Of a stretch of 64,000 nucleotides of DNA, positions 39,962-51,439 are shown one piece after another (the stretch's first letter is position 1; every line of letters begins with the position of its first letter). The translations under genes were made by a program, and so were the position numbers. Source of the DNA: Takakia lepidozioides (lineage: Eukaryota; Plantae; Bryophyta). The stretch spans positions 79,050,001 through 79,114,000 of the forward strand of contig CM060731.1 of assembly GCA_030704615.1 (NCBI GenBank), written 5' to 3'. The notes below the pieces were generated by a model. The model ran no database searches and was not told where the DNA came from. It worked only from the letters and a program-made list of their open reading frames with translations.

Positions 39962-42140
39962 GCAGTCCACCAGTGCCTCCACGAGTCAGCACAGGCCGTC
40001 CATAGGTCAACACGGGCCACCACAGACCAGCACAGGCCCACACAACTCACTGGTCACAGCCGTCACAGTCCCACAGGCCACTGGGCACAGCCTGTCACAG
40101 CCCCTCATAGCCATCACAGCCTGTCACAGTCCATCACAGCCCCACAGGCCACAGGTCACAGCCCGCCACAGCCTGTCACAGCCCCTCACAGCCCGTCACG
40201 CTCGCCACAGCCCCTCACAGCCCCAAAGGCCTCAGGCACGGCCTGACACAGCCCCTCACAGCCCGTCACAGCCCCAAAGGCCTCAGGCACGGCTTGTCAC
40301 AGCCCCTCACAGCCCCAAAGGCCACGGGCACAGCCTGTCACAGCCCCTCACAGCCCGTCACAGCCCCACAGGCCACTAGGCACAGCCTGTCACAACCCCG
40401 CACAGCCCGTCACAGGCCCACAGGCCACTGGGCACAGCCTGTCACAGCCCCGCACAGCCCGTCACAGGCCCGCAGGCCACTAAGCACAGCCTGTCACAGC
40501 CCCTCACAGCCCCTCACAGCTCGCCACAACCCCTCACAGCCCCAAAGGCCATGGGCACAGCCTGTCACAGCCCCTCACAGCCCGTCACAGCCCCACAAGC
40601 CTCAGGCACGGCCTGACACAGCCCCTCACAGCCCGTCACAGCCCCAAAGGCCTCAGGCACGGCCTGTCACAGCCCCTCACAGCCCGTCACAGCCCCAAAG
40701 GCCTCAGGCACGGCCTGTCACAGCCCCTCATAGCCCATCACAGCCCTAAAGGCCACCGGCACAGCCCCTCACAGCCCATCACAGCCCCCAAGGCCACCGG
40801 CGTAGCCCGTCACAAGCCCTCACAGCCCGTCACGACCCCGAAGGCCACCGGCACAGGCCCTCACAGCCCTCACAGCCCGTCACAGCCCCGAAGGCCACCG
40901 GCACAGCCCCTCGCAGCCCGGCACAGCCCTTAAGGCCACCGGCGCAGCCCGGCACACAGCCCCTCACAGCCCCAAAGGCCTCAGGCACGGCCTGACACAG
41001 CCCCTCACAGCCCGTCACAGCCCCAAAGGCCTCAGGCACGGCCTGTCACAGCCCTCACAGCCCCAAAGGCCACGGGCACAGCCTGTCACCCCCACAGGCC
41101 AATGGGCACAGCCTGTCACAGCCCCGCACAGCCCGTCACAGGCCCACAGGCCACTGGGCACAGCCTGTCACAGCCCCGCACAGCCCGTCACAGCCCACAG
41201 GCCACTGGGCACAGCCTGTCACAGCCCCTCATAGCCCATCACAGCTCGCCACAGCCCCTCACAGCCCCAAGGCCACGGCACAGCCTGTCACAGCCCGTCA
41301 CAGCCCGTCACAGCCCCACAGGCCTCAGGCACGGCCTGACACAGCCCTCACAGCCCGTCACAGCCCCAAAGGCCTCAGGCACGGCCTGTCACAGCCCCTC
41401 ACAGCCCGTCACAGCCCCAAGGCCTCAGGCACGGCCTGTCACAGCCTCTCACAGCCCATCACAGCCCTAAGGCCACGGGCACAGCCCCCAAAAGGCCACC
41501 GGCACAGCCCCTCACAGCCCATCACAGCCCCCAAGGCCACCGGCGTAGCCCGTCACAGGCCCTCACAGCCCGTCACGACCCCGAAGGCCACCGGCACAGG
41601 CCTTCACAGGCCCTCACAGCCCGTCACAGCCCCGAAGGCCACCGGCGCAGCCCGGCACAGCCCGTCACAGCCCTTAAGGCCACCGGCGCAGCCCGGCACA
41701 GCCCCTCACAGCCCCAAAGGCCTCAGGCACGGCGTGACACAGCCCCTCACAGCCCATCACAGCCCCAAAGGCCTCAAGCACGGCAGGTCACAGCCCGTCA
41801 CAGCCCGTCACAGCCCCAAAGGCCTCAGGCACGGCCTGTCACAGCCCCTCACAGCCCGTCACAGCCCCAAAGGCCTAAGGCACGGCCTATCACATCCCCT
41901 CACAGCCCATCACAGCTCCAAAGGCCATGGGCACAGCCTGTCATAGCCCCTCACAGCCCCTCACAGCCCCACAAGCCACTGGGCACAGCCCACAGCCCCA
42001 CAGGCCACTGGGCACAGCCTGGCACAGCCCGTCACAGCCCCACAGGCCACTGGGCACAGCCTGTCACAGTCCATCACAGCCCCAAAGGCCTCAGGCACGG
42101 CCTGTCACAGGCCCTCACAGGCCGTCACAGCCCCATCCAT
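39962..42140. repeat. GC-rich satellite built on a 10-bp 'tcacagcccc/tcacagcccg' unit with a ~750-bp higher-order duplication
   Basis: Continuous cacagccc variants; the blocks starting at ~40217 and ~40966 are collinear. Confidence 0.95.
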
Positions 42141-42609
42141 GGCCGCTCTGGCAATTTAGCCATTTCTCCAAAGGGTTTAGCCACGCCAAGCTAGGGTTTG
42201 TGTCTCTTGGACTCTAGGCTTCTTTCCACCGAGCTATGGCGGCTGTGAGGAAATCAGCAAGGTATTCTTGCTCTTTCGACTCCCACACACCACCATAGTA
42301 GCCCTAAGCCATGAGGTGGTTGCCACAAACCAAGCCTTCTTTCTCACTTAGCCTCCCCAAACACGCCACTAAACTCAATGGCAAACAACCAAGCCCTGCT
42401 GGTTCCCAGCCCTTGTGAGCACTCATTCAAGCACTCTCCTTGGCCATAGCATCTATCTTAGAGCCTATTACAGCCCCCTACACCTGCTGCTTCAAGAGTT
42501 GCGCTCCCTTCAAGCTTGAAGTTGAAACCCCAACTCACATAGGCCCTACAAGTGCTTTTCTTTCACTCCAAGTGGAAACCAGCCCTAGACCTTCCATTCT
42601 AGCTCTCTA

Positions 42610-42970
42610 AAGCTTGAAAACAAGAGCCTCAATGGGCTGAAGGCATGCTCCACACATGCCCCACTCTCACCATAAGAGAATCAGCTCATTTGCTTCATTT
42701 CTTGCACCCACAAACCTGAAAATACAAGCTTCAGCAGGCTGAAAGCATGCTCCACATGCCCTACAGGGAAACCAGCCCCTTCCTTCATTTCTTGCACTCC
42801 CACACCTGAAAGTGCAAGCCTTCACCAGGCTGATAGCATGCTCCACACATGCATTGCCCTCACATAAGGGAAGTCAGCCCTTCCCTCTTCCTTGCTTGCC
42901 CTCCAAGCTTGAAGATGGAAGCTTCAATGAGCTGAATACATGCTCCACACATGCAACCTCTTCACACAAG
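42610..42970. repeat. About four degenerate ~100-bp repeats in the family-B leader
   Basis: 'gctga....catgctccacac' at ~42636, 42738, 42829 and 42930. Confidence 0.7.
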
Positions 42971-44389
42971 AGATATCAGCCCCCTATCTTGGCTCCTTGG
43001 CTCCTTGATGCTCTCTAAGACAAGACTAAGCACTCCACAGCCTTTGCCAAGCTCCTGAAACCCTAAGGCTTACATTTCCAGCCACAAGACACTTCTCTTG
43101 TGGTGCAAGAGCTCTTCTTCCAAGCTCTGAAACCCTAGGTGCACATTCCATGGCCTTGCCGCACCTCTTAGCTCCTATTCCAGCCCTGCTCTTGCCATGA
43201 CAAGAGCCCTCTCAATGCTGAAGCTCGAGATTGAAACCCAATCTCACCATACTCCACAAAGTGCACTGATTTGCCCCAAGCCAAATCAGCCCTTTCGCTT
43301 GGTCTTGCAATCCTTCACACAATGAAAGCTCGCATTCCCAAGTCCAGTTCTCAGCTTTGCCACCAAAGCCACTATAACCTGCTCTTGACTGGTCCTCTTC
43401 CCAATCGTGCTTGCTCATGCATGTACACAATTTGAAACCATCAAGGTGCTCTGGAATTACCTGCAGCATGGTACTTTCATCTCTGAAGCTGAAGATCAAA
43501 TGCCAAGGTCTACCACCTCGTAACCCACATCGCCTCCACTTCTAACAACCAAGAGCTCCACGGTGCTCCTTGCATAACAACTTGGTTTCTCTCATTCTCA
43601 AGCAAAAACCACAAGTGCTACAACTAACTCGTATCTGGCACTCACAGATACGAGCTCATCTTTCTCGAGTGATAAAGAAGAAGAATACAAGCACAAGTTC
43701 ACAAATCTGAAGCATAAACTCATGCATATATAACCTCATCACTCAAATACAAGTCAAGCCAAGTGCACCCCACGCCATGAGGAATCCACACTACGGCGCC
43801 ATAGCTAGGCGCGGTGAGGCTCAACTCGAGAAAGATGAGCTTTCCGCGTTTGCCGTGAAGATAACCACTCCAGGGCCTAAATCTGTCTTGACCCCTGGAT
43901 TGACACTTGGGCCAATCCCAAATGTCAATATGTAAAAGCTAGCTATTTCCTAGCTAGTTTCACACTAGTGGTAAAATAACTTGACAAACTGGAGAAGGCT
44001 TCTGTAAGGCTGACAACTAATTATGATGCGTTGGATATGGCAAACAAAGTGTGTATCATCTAGAATGGTTCTTGTTGTTTGGAACTGGGTTGGTTGGAGA
44101 GGTGTTTTGTAAGTTTTGTAGTTTTGCAAAGTGCTTTTCATGAGTTTCATCCATAAACGTGTGTTAAAATGTCTGGCTTTAGAACAGTTATGTTTTGATA
44201 GCTTTCATAGTTATGTGCTAATGACTGCTAATGAAGGCACCTTCTTCAATTTCACCTTGTTTTCCCCTCTTATCAGAATCGCCCCTAATTATTCATGTCT
44301 GAATTCTGCAAGTTAGCTGGTTGAGTGAAGCTTTGATAGTTTGGAGTGACTTTGACATGATTCTGCCAATGTGACAACAGGAAAATATC

Positions 44390-46470
44390 AGAAACAGGTA
44401 ACACAGACGAGGAGAAGTTGTGGAATGAATACTTTTCTGACCCCAGTCAATGGTGGGACAATCGAGGCAAGAAGGTGAATGTTTGTTGGATTATAGAGAG
44501 TAGCAGATGCAATTGAGCGTAGGAACTAGTGTGATAAGTTGAGTTGGGTGCTTCCTAGAACAAGTCTAGGCTGTCATCGACTGTTAGCAAAAAGGCAAGG
44601 TTGTGTACATGATTCGTGCCAGGCATGGATAACTGATGGAGCGGGGATAGAGTGTGGGTGCAGATTCACCCAAGAGGGCCGGACTTCAAGCTCCAGATTA
44701 ACTATGGAGCTACAAGAAACCTGCATGGGTAGATGGTCAACTGGCAGCAACAACACAATTGATAAAATCAGACAAAGGCATCTTCCTCAGCACATTTCAC
44801 CCTGTTTTTCCCTCTTATCAGAATTGGCCCAAAATTTCCATGTTGAATTTTGCAAGTTAGCTAGTTGAGTGAATCTAGTTTGGAGTGACTTTGACATGAT
44901 ACTGCTATGTGACAACATGAAAGTATCAAAAAACAAGTAACAGACATGAGGAGAAGCTGTGGAATGAATACTTTTCTGCCCCCAGTCAATGATGGGACAA
45001 CTGAGGCAAAAAGATGAATGCCTACTACATTTCAGAAGGTACACTACTACGTTTGGGAAGGGGGGGGGGGGGGGGGGGGGGGGGGTGGGTGGGTTTAGCG
45101 ATGCCCCAGCGACCTCTAACCGCCGCGATTAACGACGGAAATACTCTACGGGGCCCGGGGCGCGCCGGGGGCATTTTGCGACGTCGGGAAGTCGCAGAGA
45201 CATCGCAGCGACGTCGCTCCCGAAACGTCGCTAATTAACGTCGTCGGGGAATCGCAAACCCCCGGGACGCCCCGGCCGCGGCTCCGGCGCGACTTGTGAC
45301 GTCCGGGCATCACCAAAAAAAAAACAAAAAAAAAAAAACATTTTTTTTTGCGATGTTTTTTTTGCGACGTCGCAATAGGAACGTCCAGGGGTTGTAAATG
45401 CGACCCCTAGACGTCACAGTAGGAGGGAAAATTTGAATTTAGGTGGGAAAATTTGAATTTGAATTAAAATTTGAATTTTGAATTTCAAAAACTAGTTGAC
45501 CATTGACTAGGCGTTGACCATTGACTCCGGTTTTGTCCAATTGCAGTTCATGCATTGTTCTACATATATTAGGCAATGCATATTTGAACCTAGGACCTCC
45601 ACATTATAACATTTCTAAGACACTGCTTACTAACCAACAAATCTACAATACATCTACGTATCACAAAAGCAGTCCAAGTATATATATACATATCAAGAGT
45701 TAGCTCCTAGTGACTACCACTATCTCAATCCTATCATTGTGTTGCAGATTATGCGTACTCTACAGGAGCTCGCACAGCTGGAGCTTGCACCGAGACTTGT
45801 CCCCAAAGTTCTTCAAGAACAAATATCTATCAATGGCCTAAGTTTTGCAAAGCTGCATTGCAACTTATTGTTGGACAATGGCTATAGTCTGAGGATGCCA
45901 AGCCCATTATGCTCTACAATTTTTTTTTTTTTCCCGGGCATTGCGATTCCCCGGCGTCGCAGCAAATTGTTGCGACGCCAGGGCATCGCAACCCCCCCAG
46001 TGCGTTGGCGGGGGAATGGGGTCAGGCCCCTTTTCGGCGACGACATGGCATCGCAAGATGCCACAACGTCGTCATTGCGCCGGCGTTACGACGCCCCGAC
46101 GTCGTAAGTCCCGAGCCGGTCGCCTGTGCGACGCTGCAGTCGCAGGGGGTCGGCGCGTCCGGCGCGTCCGGGGTCCTGGCGTCACTAACCCCCCCTAAAC
46201 GTAGTAGTGGTAGCAGACGCAATTGAGCATAGGAACTAATGTGATAAGCTGAGTTGGGTGTTTCCTAGCTGAACAAATCTAGGCTATCATTGTTAGCTCC
46301 TAGCAGCAAGATAAGGATGAACGCATGATTTGTGCAGGGGCATGGATAGCTGAAGGAGCAGGGATAGAGTGTGGGTCATCCTAGAGGGCCAAATTTCAAG
46401 CACGAGATTACCTATGATTCCCTGTGGATCAATAACTACAAGAAACCTCCATGGGTAGATGGTCTATTCC
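44390..46470 (+). pseudogene. Degraded tandem PDF-motif (OSB-type) exons, interrupted by the CACTA element; a homologous block lies at 16925-17175
   Basis: EEKLWNEYFSDPSQWWDNRGKK, then GT 44475 to AG 44663, then IHPRGPDFK. A second unit runs 44945-45015 plus 46378-46465 (PRGPNFKHEITYDSLWINNYKKPPWVDG). Confidence 0.8.
45042..46209. mobile_element. Non-autonomous CACTA element
   Basis: 13-bp perfect TIR CACTACTACGTTT / AAACGTAGTAGTG; 3-bp TSD GTA; GC-rich 'gcgacgtcgc' subterminal repeats at both ends; no transposase. Confidence 0.93.
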
Positions 46471-46712
46471 GTGGAACTCATTGAAGTCTTGCATTATGAG
46501 GATCAGAACTGCTTGGCAGCTTACTTGCACGAGGTCTTGACCCTTAGGCAATCCCCAGAGCAGCAGTAGCTTTTGGGCTGCTTTTTCATTTTGTTTTTTT
46601 CATTTTGGCCCATAAGCTCTTTGAGCTTTCCGCAGATATAATAAAGTACCATTTTGTTTCATTTCATTCATTTTCATTTCATTTTGTTTCATGATATGTC
46701 TTTCATCGTTTG

Positions 46713-47364
46713 TGTCACGGACATAGCCCAGAAGAACTTACCAGGAGTAAATACCAGAAGTTATCAAGTTACCATGTTACCAAAAGTTACCATGATTTAC
46801 CATGATTTGTCATGATCTACCATGATTTACCATTACTTACCAAGTTACCGAGAGTTTACCAAATTACCAAGAGTAACTTGGGAAACTACTCAGGAAGCTT
46901 CATTTGGAGGAAACTTCTCCATCAAGATACCTCATTTGCTTAAGAAAGCTTCTCCATCAAGAAACCTTTGTTTAATCTTGGAAACTTCTCCAGCAAGAAA
47001 CCTCCATAGGGGAAGCTTCTTGGGGAAGCTTCTTAGTAGCCAGTATATATAGGAGGCGAGACTGGACACTCTTCAGTCTCGCCAACACCAGTTCAAGCTA
47101 CTCTTGTTTCCAGTTCCCAGTACTCCAGTCCAATTCCCAGTACCCTAGCCCAGTTTCCAGTATCTGGTACTCCAGTCCAGTTTCCAGCCTTCCAGTATTC
47201 AAGTCGTGTTCCAATATCTTGTACTCTTGTTCATTGTTATAAAGATCGGTTTGATTCATATTTACTCATCGTGCATTCGGCCACGCCGACCTTGACTTCT
47301 TGTCTAGCTTTGTACCTCTAGTCTTATCTCTTGTTTGTGTTCAGTCATGTTCTCGTTCTTGACA
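46713..47364 (+). mobile_element. Solo LTR of family C
   Basis: TGTCACGG...TTGACA, flanked by GTTTG on both sides. Confidence 0.92.
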
Positions 47365-47989
47365 GTTTGTGCATTTCTAATGCATGATTAGTTCTCTTGT
47401 ATGACATTATATTCGTATGTACTAGTCGACTTACTACAAACACCAAAACTTCAAAGCATGAATCACTAAGAATGATTGTTCAAGTAATTTCGAGCACTTC
47501 ATTTAAAGTAGTAAAGCAGTGGTTGCGCCAACTTCCGCAGTCGCAATTGCTACTGGGCATGTAGCACTACAAGTTATGTGGTCTACTACCACGTGGCGCC
47601 CCGGGCCTGTGGCCACGTGGCAGTAGTGCTGCTCGTCGTGGCGCCGCCACGTCGACGTCCACATCGTCATCCACGTCCGCGTCCATGTGTCATCGTGCTC
47701 CGGTGAGTTGGTCCACTCATCCGGAGGGAAAAGTCAAAGTCAACCCAAAAGGTCAGACACACGGGCGGCCCGCCTGGTTACGCCACGTGGTTCTTCAGCA
47801 TTAATCGCATTAATTGCTGAGCAATTGTTCGCGCGTCTGCGTCCTTTACCACTCCAATCATTGGATGTCCAACCCAACTACCACGTCTGTTGTAACTAGT
47901 CGTTTGTAACTTCCAGTCGCTCCCAGTTTTTTTTGACTTTTACGACTCAAAATGAGTCGTTACACCAGTGGTAAATGACACAAATGCTT

Positions 47990-50846
47990 CTAGTGGGTCC
48001 CTGCAACACACGCCAAAACATCTATGGGGCAAAACCAAAAAACTTGCAGTTTTGGTTCTTTCATGTTTGGTGCTAGTAACTTGCCAGTGAAGCAAGGTGC
48101 AGGACTTCCTTTACCTTTCCTGATGAGTGCTTTGCATTTATCCTTGGAGACTCCAACCAAGGCAGAACAACGAACCATGGAAGCAGGACCTGTCCGCTGA
48201 ATCCTGAACAATGCATCGGAAAAGTCTTGTGTGTCTCGCACTGGATTTCCCCATTGCATTGACTGAGGAGGGATAACAACATGTGGATTTGTCTCACAGA
48301 AAGTCGAAGAACCAGGAATGTCATGATTTGATTTGGAGCTAACAAACCTAGATGGCTGGCGTGGACTGGGCATCCCAGTGGCGTACACTGGAACGGTCTT
48401 TACATTCATATCACACCGCCAAGATTCGTTTGGCCCACCATGCTCATCGCCTAACTTGCGTTTGACTGGAACAGTGCGATTGTCTCCCTCCAATTGAACC
48501 CCCCTTGTGTGCATGGGTGTTCCAGCTACTATGTCACGTACAACCTTACCCATTTTTGCTGGGCTATTAGATCTAGTTGTTTGACGCAACATGAGCTCCT
48601 CTTTGTCGGGCCCCATCCCCCATGTCTTTCCTGTGGTGTGCCTGTAAAATGTTGCCTGTTGCAGAAGAGCTTGTGACATGTCATGCATGGTGGCCTCATA
48701 TAGATCCACCTTCATTTTTTTCCCATTGCCTGCTGTCTTCCACCAAGCAAAATGGACTGCCTCGGACAAATTAGTGGTAGGCATATCTGCATCTGCCTCC
48801 ACATCCATGTCCTCTCTCATCCATTGGCCCCACATTCGATATCTGTAGTGCCACCATGCAAGCCATGAATCCAGTTTTGGCAGACTCTTTTCTGTGCATG
48901 CTCCTGAAGAGAGCCACCAAGCCCGAATTGCAATGTATGTGGTTGTAACATCCTCCAAGGTAGCACTATCTTTCCATTCATAACAGAGCTGAGTGTGCCT
49001 TTCACGGAAGTCCTCCAAGATGTAGTCGTTGATGTGTCTTCGGAGGCTTTCAGCCCAATGATATAAACATGTTCTTTCTTTACCTTCCATTGGGACATTG
49101 GGATCAGATCCATAAACTCTTCGAACAGCAGTCCAATTCGCTCCTGTTACATCTGCCTTGAAGCCAGCAAAATTTGGTTTGTTCAAGCCAGCAAGTTTTT
49201 CTTGTTCATTGATCATCTCCCAGAATAACACCTGAGCATCTGCATCCTCTGTTTTCTTATCGCAAATGGCAATGGTCATCATTCGCTTGACATATGGTTC
49301 ATAGACATGACATGCAAGAGTTGTCCAATCCTTGATGCGTTTGACATGGTCAAATACTACCCAACTTGTGCGTAGATCCCCCTCACTCATGCGACGCACA
49401 AGATCAACACCACTCCCGGGACCAGCAACAGACATCTTGAAAACATGGGGGAGATGAGAAGTATGTTGGCCTGGAAGGAGATTGCTGTGAATGAAATGGT
49501 ATGTACTCAGACGCTTTAACTCCAATATGGACATGATGGAATTGACACGTGCAGATGCGACCTTGTTTTTCACATTGGGGCTACAAACATGGGCAAACTC
49601 TTCAAGAATGTCTTCCAAAGCCTCTTCCTCAAGACGTACTGTCTCTGTGCCATCAGCCACAAGAACTCGGTCAATCAAGGGCTTCTAGGCCATTGACAAG
49701 GAAATAGCTCCCGGGGTCGACCATGGCTTCATCTTAACATGCTCTTGAATCATGCTTGATGCATTTTCCGCAGCCTCTCCATTCTCGCCCTTGGCACATG
49801 GATGGTTATGAAACCCAACGTGAACTGCAACATGTGTATATGTTGGAAGGGAACTTGTTACTTGCCCCACAATGCGCCTCACAGAAAGGTCTTTCTTTGC
49901 AGAAACTACACTTGAACTGGTTGAATGGAACTTGGGCTCCTGCAATGAACACCTTGTCTGCATTGCCTTCCCAATAGCGGTCATTCTGTTCTCCTTCTTT
50001 CTTGAAGAAGGGGCAAGTGCTGCTTTGACATATGAGCTTTCCAACACAAAGAACCTTACTACATTTCACATGATCTGGAACACTAAACATATTGTAGGTA
50101 TTGGTCTTGCACCAAAGATGACCATCAAACTTGCGGTCCATGCCTTGGAGGGACTGTGAACGGTCTATACAAAGTTTGACCACGGGGGGGAGTTCGTGGA
50201 TCACTTTTCCATCAAAAGCTCGAGGAAGACACCGAACACGATGCACTGGAATGTGACTATAGTCCAAGGTAGAAAGCTCTCCTTTTGATCCATTTCTCCG
50301 AGCAGTGCCCAAGATACTCAAAATGGATAGCACACCAGAAGGAAATGCAGATGTAGCCTCCCCTGCTAGTTGTGGAGACGAAGATAAATCCCTCGCAGAT
50401 TCGCAAACAATCATATGTGGTGTTGTCCAATGGAGTTTTCTGAGGCTTCATGTCGTGAAGCAAGACCGTATGAGCAGATGAGGAAGGTTGGGATCCACAA
50501 AATACACTCTTAGAAACCTCAACACAATCCGAATTATGAGACCCCAAGCTCGCCGAATGTGCAACCTCCTCCTTCAATTTACAACTCCCATTTGTTGCAA
50601 CTTGTTCCTTCTTCCTTGCAATAAAAGTGTGACTTTCATCATGTGACTGTGTATAGCTCGTACCTGTGACACGGTACTTGGAGAAAGTGTCTGGAAACAA
50701 ATCCCATTACTTTTGGCCGTCATTGAATACTGGAAGCAACACTGTAGAGGCAGCATCATCTCCATCATCCTCCAAAAAAACTGAATCAGGAACAAGTTTG
50801 AATCTATTGCATAACCAAGGTTCTGGGATAATGCACTTGTTTCCAT
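47990..50846 (-). pseudogene. Mutator-like (MULE) DDE transposase with a Cys/His-rich, GCM-like N-terminal domain; frameshifted and 3'-truncated
   Basis: VVFDHVKR, FKAD...ANWTAVRRVY, CLYHW (CxxH), PTTNLSE in the 562-aa ORF; upstream DGHLWCKTNT..C.GKLIC..C..C..C..H..FHNHPC. TIRs not found. Confidence 0.78.
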
Positions 50847-50959
50847 TGCGTGGTTTCAAAAAGCACTAACGCTAGAGGATATAAAAAAAGGTTTATATTT
50901 CAGATTTGGCCAATTTGGCCTTAGCCTTCGCTCTCACCCCCCTTTCCCCCCGCTCTCCT

Positions 50960-51026
50960 TGGCGGGCACTGGTTTGAACCCGCAACCTAGTGGAAAATAC
51001 ACCACAACCTTACCACCAAGCCATGC
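50960..51026 (-). promoter_or_regulatory. tRNA-derived Pol III-type A box / B box pair (SINE-head-like)
   Basis: Minus strand TGGCTTGGTGG (51023-51013) and GGTTCAAACC (50980-50971), 32 nt apart. Confidence 0.5.
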
Positions 51027-51439
51027 TCTATTCAATGAAACAACCTCTATTTTTTTGTTAATAAACTGTTTTTATTCAGCTAAACTTATTGCCATTACTA
51101 CATGACTAACTCGGTCTCATTACACTAACATAGTCTAGTACACTTGCACATTATCCCTTGCCTTTCACTCCCCCAAACAAACACACACAAACTACACAAG
51201 CACTTAACACGTCTCTAGTCTCTATACCCTGGAGACTCCCGTTGCGAAGAGGAGACGGAGACGCCGCATCTCGTCCTTATACTATACCACCCCGAGGCAA
51301 CGAGCTGCTGCGGCAATGGGGAGGAAGAAGGACACTCAAGGGGGAGGCGTTGCCGCTGGTGGTGGTGGTAGAGGCAAGTTGCGGACGGAGAAGGTAAGCT
51401 GCAGTTTTGTTTTGATTTCATGACCTTGGCCTAAACTTA

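Larger units (their letters stand above)
17720..43986 (-). mobile_element. Full-extent Ty3/Gypsy element carrying a DNA methyltransferase and a PHD finger, with split direct repeats (family B, copy 2); hosts two nested chromoviruses and a satellite
   Basis: TG...CA ends and AACT duplicated at 17716-17719 and 43987-43990. A 17720-17907, B 17912-18227, A 18230-18417, B 43670-43986. All pol domains are collinear on the minus strand. Confidence 0.88.

Noticed and set aside
39962-42140. CRISPR-like array
   Set aside because: No unique spacers and no cas genes; eukaryotic context.
39816-42217. ORFs rich in HSPSQP/TARH across the satellite
   Set aside because: Translation artefacts of the 10-mer repeat.
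45060-45086. Poly-G run as a functional G-quadruplex
   Set aside because: It mirrors the short C run in the opposite CACTA end, and its length is unreliable in a homopolymer.
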